The notes beneath the pieces are model-generated. The model saw nothing but the letters and a program-made list of their open reading frames with translations. It was not told the origin of the DNA and made no database searches. Positions 36,257 to 44,806 of a stretch of 64,000 nt of DNA are shown piece by piece (the first letter of the stretch is position 1; each line of letters starts with the position of its first letter). The DNA lies in assembly GCF_910589165.1 (NCBI RefSeq), contig NZ_CAJUSP010000007.1; one strand, written 5' to 3'. The DNA comes from an uncultured Adlercreutzia sp. (GTDB lineage: Bacteria > Actinomycetota > Coriobacteriia > Coriobacteriales > Eggerthellaceae). The position numbers and the translations under genes are program-made.

Positions 36257-38068
36257 TTACTTCTTGGCGGCCTTCTTGCGGTCGGTGGCGGAAAGCAGGC
36301 GCTTGCGCAGGCGAATGGACTGCGGGGTCACCTCTACCAGCTCGTCGTCCTCGATGTACTCGAGCGCCTCTTCCAAGGTGAACGTGATGGGCGGCGTCAG
36401 CTGGATGGCCTTGTCCGCCGAGCTGGAACGCTGGTTGCCCAGGTTCTTCGTCTTCTCGACGTTCACCACCATGTCGCCTTCCTTGGCCGACTCGCCAACG
36501 ATCATGCCCTCGTAGCACTCGTCGCCCGGGCCCACGAACAAGCGCCCACGCTCCTGCAGCGTATCGAGCGCATAGGCCACCGCCTTGCCGGTGGACATGG
36601 CAATCATGCCGCCGTTCTTGCGCCCGGCCATCTCGCCGGAATAGGGGCCGTACTCCTTGAAGTGGTGGAACAGCACCGCCTCGCCGTGGGTGGCGTTCAG
36701 GATGCGGGTCTTCAGCCCCATGGTGCCGCGCGACGGGATGCGGAACGTCAGGTGCGTCATGGTCTCGTCGGACGCCATGTCCTCCATGATGCCGCCAGCG
36801 GTGCCCATGACCTCGATGGCCTTGCCCGCGTAGTCGTTGGGCACGTCCACCGTGGCTTCCTCGATGGGTTCCAGCTTGCTGCCATCGGCAGCCTTCTTGT
36901 ACACCACGCGCGGGCGGCCCACCTGGAACTCGAAGCCCTCGCGTCGCATCGTCTCCATGAGCACGCTCAGATGCAGCACGCCGCGACCGGCCACCTCGAT
37001 GCCGCTCTTGTCCTCAAGCTCGTTGATGCGCATGGAGATGTTGCTCTCCTTCTCGCGCAGCAGGCGCTCCTTCAGCTGGCGACCGCCGACGATTTCGCCC
37101 TCGCGGCCCACGAGCGGGCTCGTGGAAGCTTCGAACACGACGGCCATGGTGGGCTCTTCCACCTTGATGGCGGCCATTTCCACAGGGTTTTCCGGGTCGG
37201 TGATGATGTCGCCGATGTCGGCGTCCTCGATGCCGATGACGGCCACAATGTCGCCGGCGTCGGCGGCGGTCACCTCGGCCTTGCCCAGGTTCTCGAAGGT
37301 GTACACCTTGCGAATCTGCGCGCGGCGCTCGGTGCCGTCGGGCTTCACCACGAGCACCTGCTCCTTCTCGTGCAGCGTGCCCGACGACAGGCGCCCGACG
37401 CCGATGCGGCCCTCGTAGGAGCTATGGTCCACGGTGCACACCTGCAGGGCCACCGGGCCGTCGATGTCCACCTCGGGGGCGGGAATTTCAGAGAGAATGG
37501 TGTCCAGCAGCGGCACCATGTCCATGTTGCCGTCGTCCGGCGTCATGCGCGCGTAGCCGTTCACAGCCGACGCGTACACCACGGGGAAATCGAGCTGCTC
37601 GTCGGAGGCGCCCAGCTCCACCATGAGGTCGAACACCTTGTCCACGGCACCCTCGGGGTCGGCGTTGGGGCGGTCGATCTTGTTCACCACCACCACAATG
37701 CGCAGTCCGCGCTCGAGCGCGTGGGACAGCACGAAGCGGGTCTGGGGCTTGGGGCCCTCGTAGGCGTCCACAATGAGCAGGGCGCCGTCGGCCATGTTCA
37801 GCACGCGTTCCACCTCGCCGCCGAAGTCGGCGTGGCCCGGGGTGTCGATGACGTTGATCTTCACGCCCTTGTAGGTGATGGAAATGTTCTTGGAAAGAAT
37901 GGTGATGCCGCGCTCGCGCTCCTGGTCGTTGGAATCGAGCACGCGCTCTTCCACCTGCTGGTTCTCGCGGAACACGTGGGACGACCACAGAAGGCGGTCC
38001 ACCAGGGTGGTCTTGCCGTGGTCGACGTGGGCAATAATGGCAACGTTGCGAATGTTCTCTTGCTTCAT
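36257..38068 (-). CDS. typA: Translational GTPase TypA/BipA
   Basis: [36 protein letters not shown]. 603 aa. Confidence 0.97.
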   Translation of the reverse strand: MKQENIRNVAIIAHVDHGKTTLVDRLLWSSHVFRENQQVEERVLDSNDQERERGITILSKNISITYKGVKINVIDTPGHADFGGEVERVLNMADGALLIVDAYEGPKPQTRFVLSHALERGLRIVVVVNKIDRPNADPEGAVDKVFDLMVELGASDEQLDFPVVYASAVNGYARMTPDDGNMDMVPLLDTILSEIPAPEVDIDGPVALQVCTVDHSSYEGRIGVGRLSSGTLHEKEQVLVVKPDGTERRAQIRKVYTFENLGKAEVTAADAGDIVAVIGIEDADIGDIITDPENPVEMAAIKVEEPTMAVVFEASTSPLVGREGEIVGGRQLKERLLREKESNISMRINELEDKSGIEVAGRGVLHLSVLMETMRREGFEFQVGRPRVVYKKAADGSKLEPIEEATVDVPNDYAGKAIEVMGTAGGIMEDMASDETMTHLTFRIPSRGTMGLKTRILNATHGEAVLFHHFKEYGPYSGEMAGRKNGGMIAMSTGKAVAYALDTLQERGRLFVGPGDECYEGMIVGESAKEGDMVVNVEKTKNLGNQRSSSADKAIQLTPPITFTLEEALEYIEDDELVEVTPQSIRLRKRLLSATDRKKAAKK

Positions 38069-38262
38069 GATCTTCTTTCGTTGTACCTCGGTCGGCTGTC
38101 TTCGCGCCTCGCACTACCCTCCGCGGGCGCCGCCGTGCTTCCTCAAGTAAGTTGAGCGCAGCAATTATAGCGTTCGCGCGCGCCGTTCACGGGGAATCCG
38201 CAGGGGCGTTCCCCAAGTGGCAACCATTTATTTGTGGAAGAGGGGCCGCGCGCGGGCGGGCG

Positions 38263-38886
38263 CTACTCGTCGAGCAGGGCCTCGTACTCGCGGCGCTCTT
38301 CCGTGAGCTTCGCGAGATGGGCGTTCAACGTGTTCAGGTTCTTCTGCGCGCCGATGGCCTGCAGCACGCCCCAGATAGTGGCCGGCACGGCGATGGCGGC
38401 AATGAAGCCGAAGATGCCGAAGGGACGCCGGATGGTGAAGAGAGTGGCCACCGCGCCGATGCCGGCCATGGCCAGGCCGTTGCGGCGCTCGTCGGCCACG
38501 GTGTCGCGCTGGGCCACCAGCTGGGTGCGGGCGGCGGCGATGCCGGCCAGACGGGCCTTTATCTCGGCCTCGGTGAGGTATTCCACCTCGACGCCGTCTT
38601 CCACTTCCGTCCAGGAACGGGCGGCGCGGCCCGAGGAGGCTCCCGACGAAGTGCGGGATGCGCGGCCCCCCGACGAGCGACCGCCGCGACCGCCGCCCGA
38701 GTTCAGCAGCTCGTAGGCCTCTTGCAGGCGCTTGAACTGCTCGGTGGCGCGGTTCTGCAGCTTGTCATTGCCCGCGAACTTGTCAGGGTGCAGAATCTGC
38801 ACCGTCTCGCGGTAGGCGATTTTAATGTCGTCGGCCGTGGCATCGTCGTCCAGGCCGAGGATATGCAAGGCTTCACTTCTGTTCAT
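38263..38886 (-). CDS. J-domain (DnaJ-like) membrane protein
   Basis: ALHILGLDDDATADDIKIAYRETVQILHPDK (HPD motif), with a C-terminal 2-TM region. Confidence 0.85.
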   Translation of the reverse strand: MNRSEALHILGLDDDATADDIKIAYRETVQILHPDKFAGNDKLQNRATEQFKRLQEAYELLNSGGGRGGRSSGGRASRTSSGASSGRAARSWTEVEDGVEVEYLTEAEIKARLAGIAAARTQLVAQRDTVADERRNGLAMAGIGAVATLFTIRRPFGIFGFIAAIAVPATIWGVLQAIGAQKNLNTLNAHLAKLTEERREYEALLDE

Positions 38887-39460
38887 GGGGCCATCCTAGC
38901 ATGAGCGCACGAGCGCAGGGCACCGCCGCCGCAAAAAGCAGAACTGTCGTCACAAGCAGAAGGGGCACGTCTTGCGGGTTGCCGGTCAGGTACGTGGCGG
39001 GGAGAGCTCCGGTAGTCATAACTGCGGGAGCCAGGTACGCCATGTCGAAGGCGAAATGCGCGGCGATGGGGACACCCAGGGCCAGGTATCGGCGCGGGCC
39101 TGGCTGCCAAAAGCGTGGGCTGCGCATCGCAAGCATGGCCATAAGCAGACCGAACGATGTTCCCTGAACTACCTTGAGCGCCGCCTGGGCCAGCACCAAG
39201 CCGCTCACATCGGGCGGCAGCGGAGAGGAGACCACGTGCATGAGCCCGAAGACGAAGGAGCTTCCCATGGCCGCCGCGAACGCCGGCCGCTTCGCCCCAC
39301 GCTCGCGCGCCACGTGCAGACACAGCACCAGCAGTAACCCGCGGAACACCACTTCTTCCACCACCGCCGCCTCCGCCGAAGCCGCCAGCAGCACCCCGAG
39401 CCGCTCCATCAGGATGGCCGCTCCTCCGTCAATCAAAGCAATCACCATCCTTCCCTTCAT
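38873..39460 (-). CDS. CPBP-family intramembrane glutamic protease (CAAX/Abi-like)
   Basis: EEVVFRGLL and FGLMH motifs. Overlaps the J-domain gene by 14 nt. Confidence 0.75.
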   Translation of the reverse strand: MKGRMVIALIDGGAAILMERLGVLLAASAEAAVVEEVVFRGLLLVLCLHVARERGAKRPAFAAAMGSSFVFGLMHVVSSPLPPDVSGLVLAQAALKVVQGTSFGLLMAMLAMRSPRFWQPGPRRYLALGVPIAAHFAFDMAYLAPAVMTTGALPATYLTGNPQDVPLLLVTTVLLFAAAVPCARALMLGWPHEQK

Positions 39461-39518
39461 CGGTCGAGGGGCGAAAACACCAGTAGGCAGCCCCTATAAA
39501 TCCTGCTATAATGCAAAG

Positions 39519-39600
39519 CGATGGATGCCCCGTCTGGCCGGGCAGCATCAGTTACTTGATTAAGCCGGGACTACTTGGACGGTGGCCCGGCTTCTTCTTT
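39519..39600 (+). ncRNA. Speculative small RNA convergent with the small toxin-like ORF
   Basis: TAGGCA-17nt-TATAAT (39484-39512) and a downstream hairpin AGCCGGG...CCCGGCT + TCTTCTTTT (39563-39600). No homology support. Confidence 0.2.
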
Positions 39601-39615
39601 TGCCAACACTGTCCG

Positions 39616-39702
39616 TCACTCCTTCCTCACCAGCGCTAGGCCGATGATTCCGATGACCACAAGCATCATGTCGCACAGGGCAATCACGGTTTGGGTATCC
39701 AT
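39616..39702 (-). CDS. 28-aa hydrophobic peptide resembling holin-like/type I toxin peptides
   Basis: Not in the ORF track (too short). AAAGGAG, 7 nt, then ATG, encoding MDTQTVIALCDMMLVVIGIIGLALVRKE*: one TM and a charged C-terminus. Confidence 0.45.
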   Translation of the reverse strand: MDTQTVIALCDMMLVVIGIIGLALVRKE

Positions 39703-39812
39703 AAGCAGCTCCTTTCGCGAAGCTGCCCGGGGGTGACGGGGCACCTTGCCGTATTGTACTACACTATAATGGGCTTCATCGGTGTCCTTTCTCGTTTTCT
39801 GAAGAGGTTCGC

Positions 39813-40691
39813 GTGAGCTTGCGCCCGTCCATATCGTCGTTTGCGCTGAAAGTGGCCGCTATTGCGGGCATGACGTGTAACCACGTGGCCAACGTCTTCG
39901 CCTTCGCGCTGCCGGGGTGGGCGACGGCGCTGCTGTGCACTTTCGGTGGCCTCACCTTCCCCGTCATGGCGTTTCTGCTGTGCGAGGGGTATCGGCACAC
40001 GTCGAACGTGGGCCGCTATGCGATGCGGCTTGCAGCTTTTGCCGTGGTGGCCCAGGTGCCGTACTCGCTTCTGTGGGGGGCGACGGCCAACGTGCTGGTG
40101 ACGCTGCTCATGGGCCTGGGGCTTCTGTGGGCCGACGAGCACCTGCGCAACCGCGGGCTGTTCGCGCTGATTGTTGTAGCAGGCGTGGCGGCCAGCTGGT
40201 TCTGCGACTGGGGCGTTATCGGCCCGGTAATGGTGCTGCTGTTTTGGAAACTGCGCGAGCGACCGCGCGGCGTTGCGCTCGTTATGCTGGTATCGCTTTT
40301 GGCCTTCGGCCTGCCGGCGCTTTCTCTGGTTGCCGACGAATACGCTGCAGCGGAAACTCCCGGGGCCTCCCCCGCCGTCGAGCAGCTCTTCGGCACGACG
40401 GCCCCCTCTGCCACGGCGGTTGAGGAACTCGCGGTGGAGTCACCGAACGCCGTAAGCAAGGGCTTGGAAGTCGCAGGGCAAACGACCGCGCATCCCACGT
40501 TCACCGTAACGGACGGGGCGCCCCTGGCCGCCGCTTTGGGAACCCTCGGCTACGCGACCGTGGGGTTCGGCCTGGCCGCGCTGCTCATGCTGAAATACAA
40601 CGGGCGCCGTGGGCGCCCGTTGAAGTGGTTCTTCTACTTATATTACCCCGCGCACCTTCTCGTGCTGTGGGGCCTCGCCCAACTCTTGTGA
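39813..40691 (+). CDS. TraX-family membrane protein
   Basis: FALKVAAIAGMTCNHVANVF..., multi-TM, ...FFYLYYPAHLLVLW is a typical TraX C-terminus. GTG start. Confidence 0.75.
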   Translation: MSLRPSISSFALKVAAIAGMTCNHVANVFAFALPGWATALLCTFGGLTFPVMAFLLCEGYRHTSNVGRYAMRLAAFAVVAQVPYSLLWGATANVLVTLLMGLGLLWADEHLRNRGLFALIVVAGVAASWFCDWGVIGPVMVLLFWKLRERPRGVALVMLVSLLAFGLPALSLVADEYAAAETPGASPAVEQLFGTTAPSATAVEELAVESPNAVSKGLEVAGQTTAHPTFTVTDGAPLAAALGTLGYATVGFGLAALLMLKYNGRRGRPLKWFFYLYYPAHLLVLWGLAQLL

Positions 40692-40707
40692 GCTTACGCC
40701 AAGTTCT

Positions 40708-42075
40708 TTAGTACAGCTGGCGACTCGCGCCAGGCACGGCTGCCGTTGTCTCGGCGGGCGCAGTCACGCCCAGCACCTCGGCCTCGAAGGAGGCCAGCTT
40801 GTGCGACATCAGCAGGCGGCGGCGCACGGCGATAACGCCCCACAGCGCCGTACCGATGGCACCGAGCCCTGCCACCCACGGAGCCGGGTCGACCGGCGCG
40901 TCGAAGGCGCCCATGGGCACTTCCTCATCGGCGATGGGCACGCCCGAGCAGTCGGCCAAGGGAGTCTTCTCGGCAGCGCGAGCGGCCATAGGCACCGCGT
41001 CGTCGAGCACTTCCTCGGTAACGGCCTCGTCGGTCGTTGCTGCTTCCGTCGTATCCGCGGGCGCAGAAACCGTCGTGCGCTCGCCAGACGAGAAGCCATT
41101 CGAACGCGGCGAAGACGCCGTATTCGCAGAGCTCAGGTTAGCCTGCGGGCGCGTGGCCTGAGGTGCGGTAAACGAGATTGCGGGAATCTCCGGCGTGGAG
41201 GCGTCGGCCTTCGGGACGCTCGGCTGCTCGGGGTTCGCGGGCTGGTTCGGCTCGGCCGGATCCTCGGGCTCTACGACGGGCGGGTTCGGCTCTTCGCCAT
41301 TGCCGTCGTCGCCCTCGCCCGGGTTCGTCGTCGCGCCGCCGCCCGGCTCGCCCTCATCGGAACCGTCGTCCTTCGGGGCGGTCAGCTCCAGCGTGCCATC
41401 CAGATGCCAGGCCGGCGTGCCGTTCTCAACGTAATCGGTGGCACCGTCATCCACTTTGAGAGCCGTCCACTCGGCCTCGGCCACCAGCTCGGCCAGCGCC
41501 GCGTTCGGTTCGTGAGAATCAAGGTTCTTCAGTGCCTCCCGAATAGCCGGCAGCACATCGCTTACGTTCACAACCTTCGCGTCCGCCATGAGCGGAAGCT
41601 CCAGCTTGACAACACCCACCGTGCACCAGCCGTCGGCGTTGCTCACCGTGAGTCCCAGCGACTCGGCGACTTCTTCCACATCACCCGTCAGCCGCAGGTA
41701 CACGTACACGTTCTGAGCCTCAAGAGCCGACTCTACCTTTTCGGCGGGTTTCTCGGAGGGCTCGCCTTCGGAAGGCTCGGTCGTACCAGTCTCGCCAGCC
41801 GCATCCAGCGTGTCAGTCGTACTGGTCGAATCCGCCAAGGCTTCGCCATCCAATGGCTCCTCAGCCGCAACCGCCAGCTCCGTCGCCGTCGTCGGGTCGA
41901 CCAAGGCCGCCCCATCGATCTCCTCGGCAAGCGCCACGCCCGCCGACATGCTCGCGCACAGCACCGCAGCAGCAGCGGCAAGCGCGCCCGCACAGACCTT
42001 CCCGAAGGGTTCATTCTTAAGAGAAACAAGTTGCGTGATGGGCCCCATGAGCACCGCCCGCTTCCTCTCGTCCAT
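40708..42075 (-). CDS. Secreted surface protein with C-terminal PMGAFD-TM-RRRL anchor module
   Basis: Signal peptide ...AAAAVLCASMSAGVALAEE, acidic/P-rich body. C-terminus VPMGAFDAPVDPAPWVAGLGAIGTALWGVIAVRRRLLM. Confidence 0.7.
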   Translation of the reverse strand: MDERKRAVLMGPITQLVSLKNEPFGKVCAGALAAAAAVLCASMSAGVALAEEIDGAALVDPTTATELAVAAEEPLDGEALADSTSTTDTLDAAGETGTTEPSEGEPSEKPAEKVESALEAQNVYVYLRLTGDVEEVAESLGLTVSNADGWCTVGVVKLELPLMADAKVVNVSDVLPAIREALKNLDSHEPNAALAELVAEAEWTALKVDDGATDYVENGTPAWHLDGTLELTAPKDDGSDEGEPGGGATTNPGEGDDGNGEEPNPPVVEPEDPAEPNQPANPEQPSVPKADASTPEIPAISFTAPQATRPQANLSSANTASSPRSNGFSSGERTTVSAPADTTEAATTDEAVTEEVLDDAVPMAARAAEKTPLADCSGVPIADEEVPMGAFDAPVDPAPWVAGLGAIGTALWGVIAVRRRLLMSHKLASFEAEVLGVTAPAETTAAVPGASRQLY

Positions 42076-42195
42076 AGCGATAGTTACAGATGCTGCTATT
42101 CTACCAAAACCCTGGGTTTATGTCAGCTTGTCAACAAAAAGCCCCAAGGCGAACGCGCGCCTCGGGGCTTCGGTGGTTGGGGGCTCGGGCCGTTG

Positions 42196-42879
42196 CTACT
42201 CCAGGCCCATTTCCTTCTTCAGGCGGGCGAGGTCGTCGTCTACGGCGGCGGTGACGCCGGCTTGCTCGTACTTCTTCTCGAGCTCGGCCGTGGGGTCGGC
42301 CGGCTTCTCGGACAGCTCGGCGACGGCGTTGGCGCGGTCGAGCATCTCGTCGGCCTTGGCCTCCATGCGGTCGAACGCGCTGCGGGCGCCCTCGGCGCGA
42401 TCGCCGGCCGAGGTCATGTCGTTCACCTTGGCCTGGGTCTTCGCCACGGCGGCCTTGGCCTTGATGGTGGCCTTGCGAGCGTTCAGCTCCTCGATGTCTT
42501 TCACCAGCTTGTCGTGCATCAGGCGCATCTTGTCGGCGTTGGCTTTCGCGCCCTCGTAGGCGATGGTCAGGCCCTCGGTGCGGCCAGCCAGCTCCTGCTT
42601 CTTCGCCAGGAACGTGCGGGCATCGCCCTCGTTGCCGGCGGCGAGCGCCTTCTTCGCCAGATCCTCGTACTTGGCCATTTCGGCCATGTTGTCGTCCACC
42701 AGTTTCTTCGTGCGCTTTTCCTCGGCCATGACGCCGGCGGTGGCCTCGCGCACCTCGGCGAGCGACTCGGTCATCTCGCGCAGGTACTGGTCGACCATCT
42801 TCTCGGGGTCTTCCGCCTTGTCCAAAAGCTCGTTGATGTTCGCCTTCACGATGGAGGTGAAGCGGTCCAGAATACCCAT
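42196..42879 (-). CDS. pspA: PspA/IM30 family protein
   Basis: MGILDRFTSIVKANINELLDKAEDPEKMVDQYLREM is the canonical PspA N-terminus. Start ATG 42879 follows AGGAG. Confidence 0.9.
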   Translation of the reverse strand: MGILDRFTSIVKANINELLDKAEDPEKMVDQYLREMTESLAEVREATAGVMAEEKRTKKLVDDNMAEMAKYEDLAKKALAAGNEGDARTFLAKKQELAGRTEGLTIAYEGAKANADKMRLMHDKLVKDIEELNARKATIKAKAAVAKTQAKVNDMTSAGDRAEGARSAFDRMEAKADEMLDRANAVAELSEKPADPTAELEKKYEQAGVTAAVDDDLARLKKEMGLE

Positions 42880-42973
42880 GAGGTACTCCTCTCTGGCCTG
42901 ATCGGCCGGGTTCGTGGCCCTTGCGAGCCGGGGCAACTTCGCTGGCGCGAAGGTGGTTCCTACAGGCGCGCCG

Positions 42974-44137
42974 CTAGCGCTGGATGGGATCGTCGGAAAT
43001 CGGCTTCGACGAGGTAACCGGCGGCGCGGACGAGGCGTCGGCGTACTTCTTCTCGAGGTCGTCAAGCGCCGAGTCCTCGAAGGTTTCCAGCGGCGTGTTC
43101 AAAATCTGCTCCATCCGCTCAGCCTCGCGCTGCTTGGCCTGCTGACGGCGGCGAACCAGAACGAACACCACGACGGCGACGATTATGACAGCCGCGCACC
43201 CCGCCACAATCGGCCAAGGCGAAGGCGTTACCGACATGATGCGGTCAGCCGTGTCCGCAAACGCGTTGGAGAAAACTTCCTCCTCGGAAATGTTGTAGTC
43301 CTGGTAGTGCTTCCACAAATAGTCGGCCAACACCTCGGCCGCTTCGTCGTCCATCACCGTGCGCGCCGACGAACCCGCCCAATACCCCGCGTTGAAACCG
43401 CCTTGGTTGTTGTCGCAGAACACCAGCAGGAAATGGGTATCGTCGCTGAACAGCTGGGTGTAAAGCTGCTGAGCCATGTCGGTCAGCTGCGAGGTGGAGG
43501 TGACGCTGCCGTTGGGCAGGATATACACATAGGGCCACACGCCCGTTTCCTCATAGAAGTGGCGCATACCCTTTTGCAGCACTGCGGTGTTGTGAACCCA
43601 GTCACCATCTTCATCGGTAAAGTAGCCCGTTTCCTGGGCCTGTCCGGGAGCAAGCGCCGTGCGTTCCACGGTAGAAGCTGCCACGGAGCTCGTCGTGCAG
43701 CCTCCACTGCCCAAGGCCATGAAAAGGAACACAACGAGGAAGAAAGCCGCAACGATGATGAAGATGGTGCCGCAGCCGCTGTTCGGCGATTTCCCTTGAG
43801 GCGCACCGGGCTGCTGGCCGTTGCCCGAACCGGGCTGCTGGGGCCCTTGCGGCATTTGCGGGGGCACGCCACCGCCGCTGGAACCGCCGCTACGACTCGA
43901 CCCCATGAGGCCGCCGAGGAAACCGCCCCAGAAGCTGCTGCCCCCGAAGCCTCCTCCGTAGTAGCCACCAGGGTATCCACCGAAACTAGGGCCCGACGAG
44001 CGACCGCCCCCGAAGCTGGAACCGCCGGATCGGCCCCCGGAACGAGGCCCGCGGGAGAACCCGCCGCCTCCGCCGAAGCCGCCCGAGAAACCGCCGCCTC
44101 CGCCGCCGAAGCTTCCTCCCCCGCCTGATCTACCCAT
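42974..44137 (-). CDS. Membrane protein with Gly/Ser/Arg-rich N-terminus, two TM segments and a TPM-like domain (uncertain)
   Basis: N-terminus MGRSGGGGSFGGGGGGFSGGFGGGGG.... The central WPYVYILPNG...FLLVFCDNNQGGFNAGYWAG resembles TPM-phosphatase-type domains. Confidence 0.6.
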   Translation of the reverse strand: MGRSGGGGSFGGGGGGFSGGFGGGGGFSRGPRSGGRSGGSSFGGGRSSGPSFGGYPGGYYGGGFGGSSFWGGFLGGLMGSSRSGGSSGGGVPPQMPQGPQQPGSGNGQQPGAPQGKSPNSGCGTIFIIVAAFFLVVFLFMALGSGGCTTSSVAASTVERTALAPGQAQETGYFTDEDGDWVHNTAVLQKGMRHFYEETGVWPYVYILPNGSVTSTSQLTDMAQQLYTQLFSDDTHFLLVFCDNNQGGFNAGYWAGSSARTVMDDEAAEVLADYLWKHYQDYNISEEEVFSNAFADTADRIMSVTPSPWPIVAGCAAVIIVAVVVFVLVRRRQQAKQREAERMEQILNTPLETFEDSALDDLEKKYADASSAPPVTSSKPISDDPIQR

Positions 44138-44214
44138 AGTTCCTTCTTTCAGCTCTTATCAATTCGCAGGTTCGCCCAAGGAAGTCAGCGAGGTTCCGAC
44201 CCATGCGAACGAAT

Positions 44215-44685
44215 CTACTTCACAATCAGGACAGGCACGTTGGTCTTGTGCAGCACCGAATAGCAGACGCTGCCGAGCATGCCGCGCACGGCGCCCAGGC
44301 CGCGATGGCCCATGACGATGCAGTCGTAGCCGCCCTCGCTGGCGTACGCCGTAATGGAGTCGTGGGGCGACCCGTTCACCACCGCGATGCCCACGCCGGC
44401 GCGATCGCCCACGATAGGCGCAATGTTCTCGGCGATGGCGTCGGTGTCGGCCTTGATGGCCTCGTTCTCCACCTCGGAGATGACGTCCATGTCCATGGTG
44501 TCGCCCATGACGCCGGACATGCGCGAGGCAATCTTGAAGGTTTCCGCATTGAAATCGTGCCAGTCGACCACCGACAGCACGGTGATTTCCGCATCGGGCA
44601 CGCCCGCCGCCAAATCGAGCGCCGCGTTCAGGGCGTTCTGGGCCGGTTCGGACTTGTCGTAGGGAACGAGAATCTTCTTATACAT
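44215..44685 (-). CDS. Universal stress protein (UspA family)
   Basis: MYKKILVPYDKSE... and IVMGHRGLGAVRGMLGSV...PVLIVK. Confidence 0.9.
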   Translation of the reverse strand: MYKKILVPYDKSEPAQNALNAALDLAAGVPDAEITVLSVVDWHDFNAETFKIASRMSGVMGDTMDMDVISEVENEAIKADTDAIAENIAPIVGDRAGVGIAVVNGSPHDSITAYASEGGYDCIVMGHRGLGAVRGMLGSVCYSVLHKTNVPVLIVK

Positions 44686-44806
44686 GAGGAAACCTCCTAT
44701 TCCTAAGCAGCTGCATCATTTTAACACTGCGCACGAGCCCCCTCTCATACTGTAAATCCCACGTAACATCAGGGATGCGCCCAAGGAAGCCGGGGCGAAC
44801 GGAACA

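Noticed and set aside
39174-39563. 129-aa plus-strand ORF upstream of the putative sRNA
   Set aside because: It is antisense to the CPBP protease gene and its composition is low complexity. It is not needed to explain the promoter-like and terminator-like signals.
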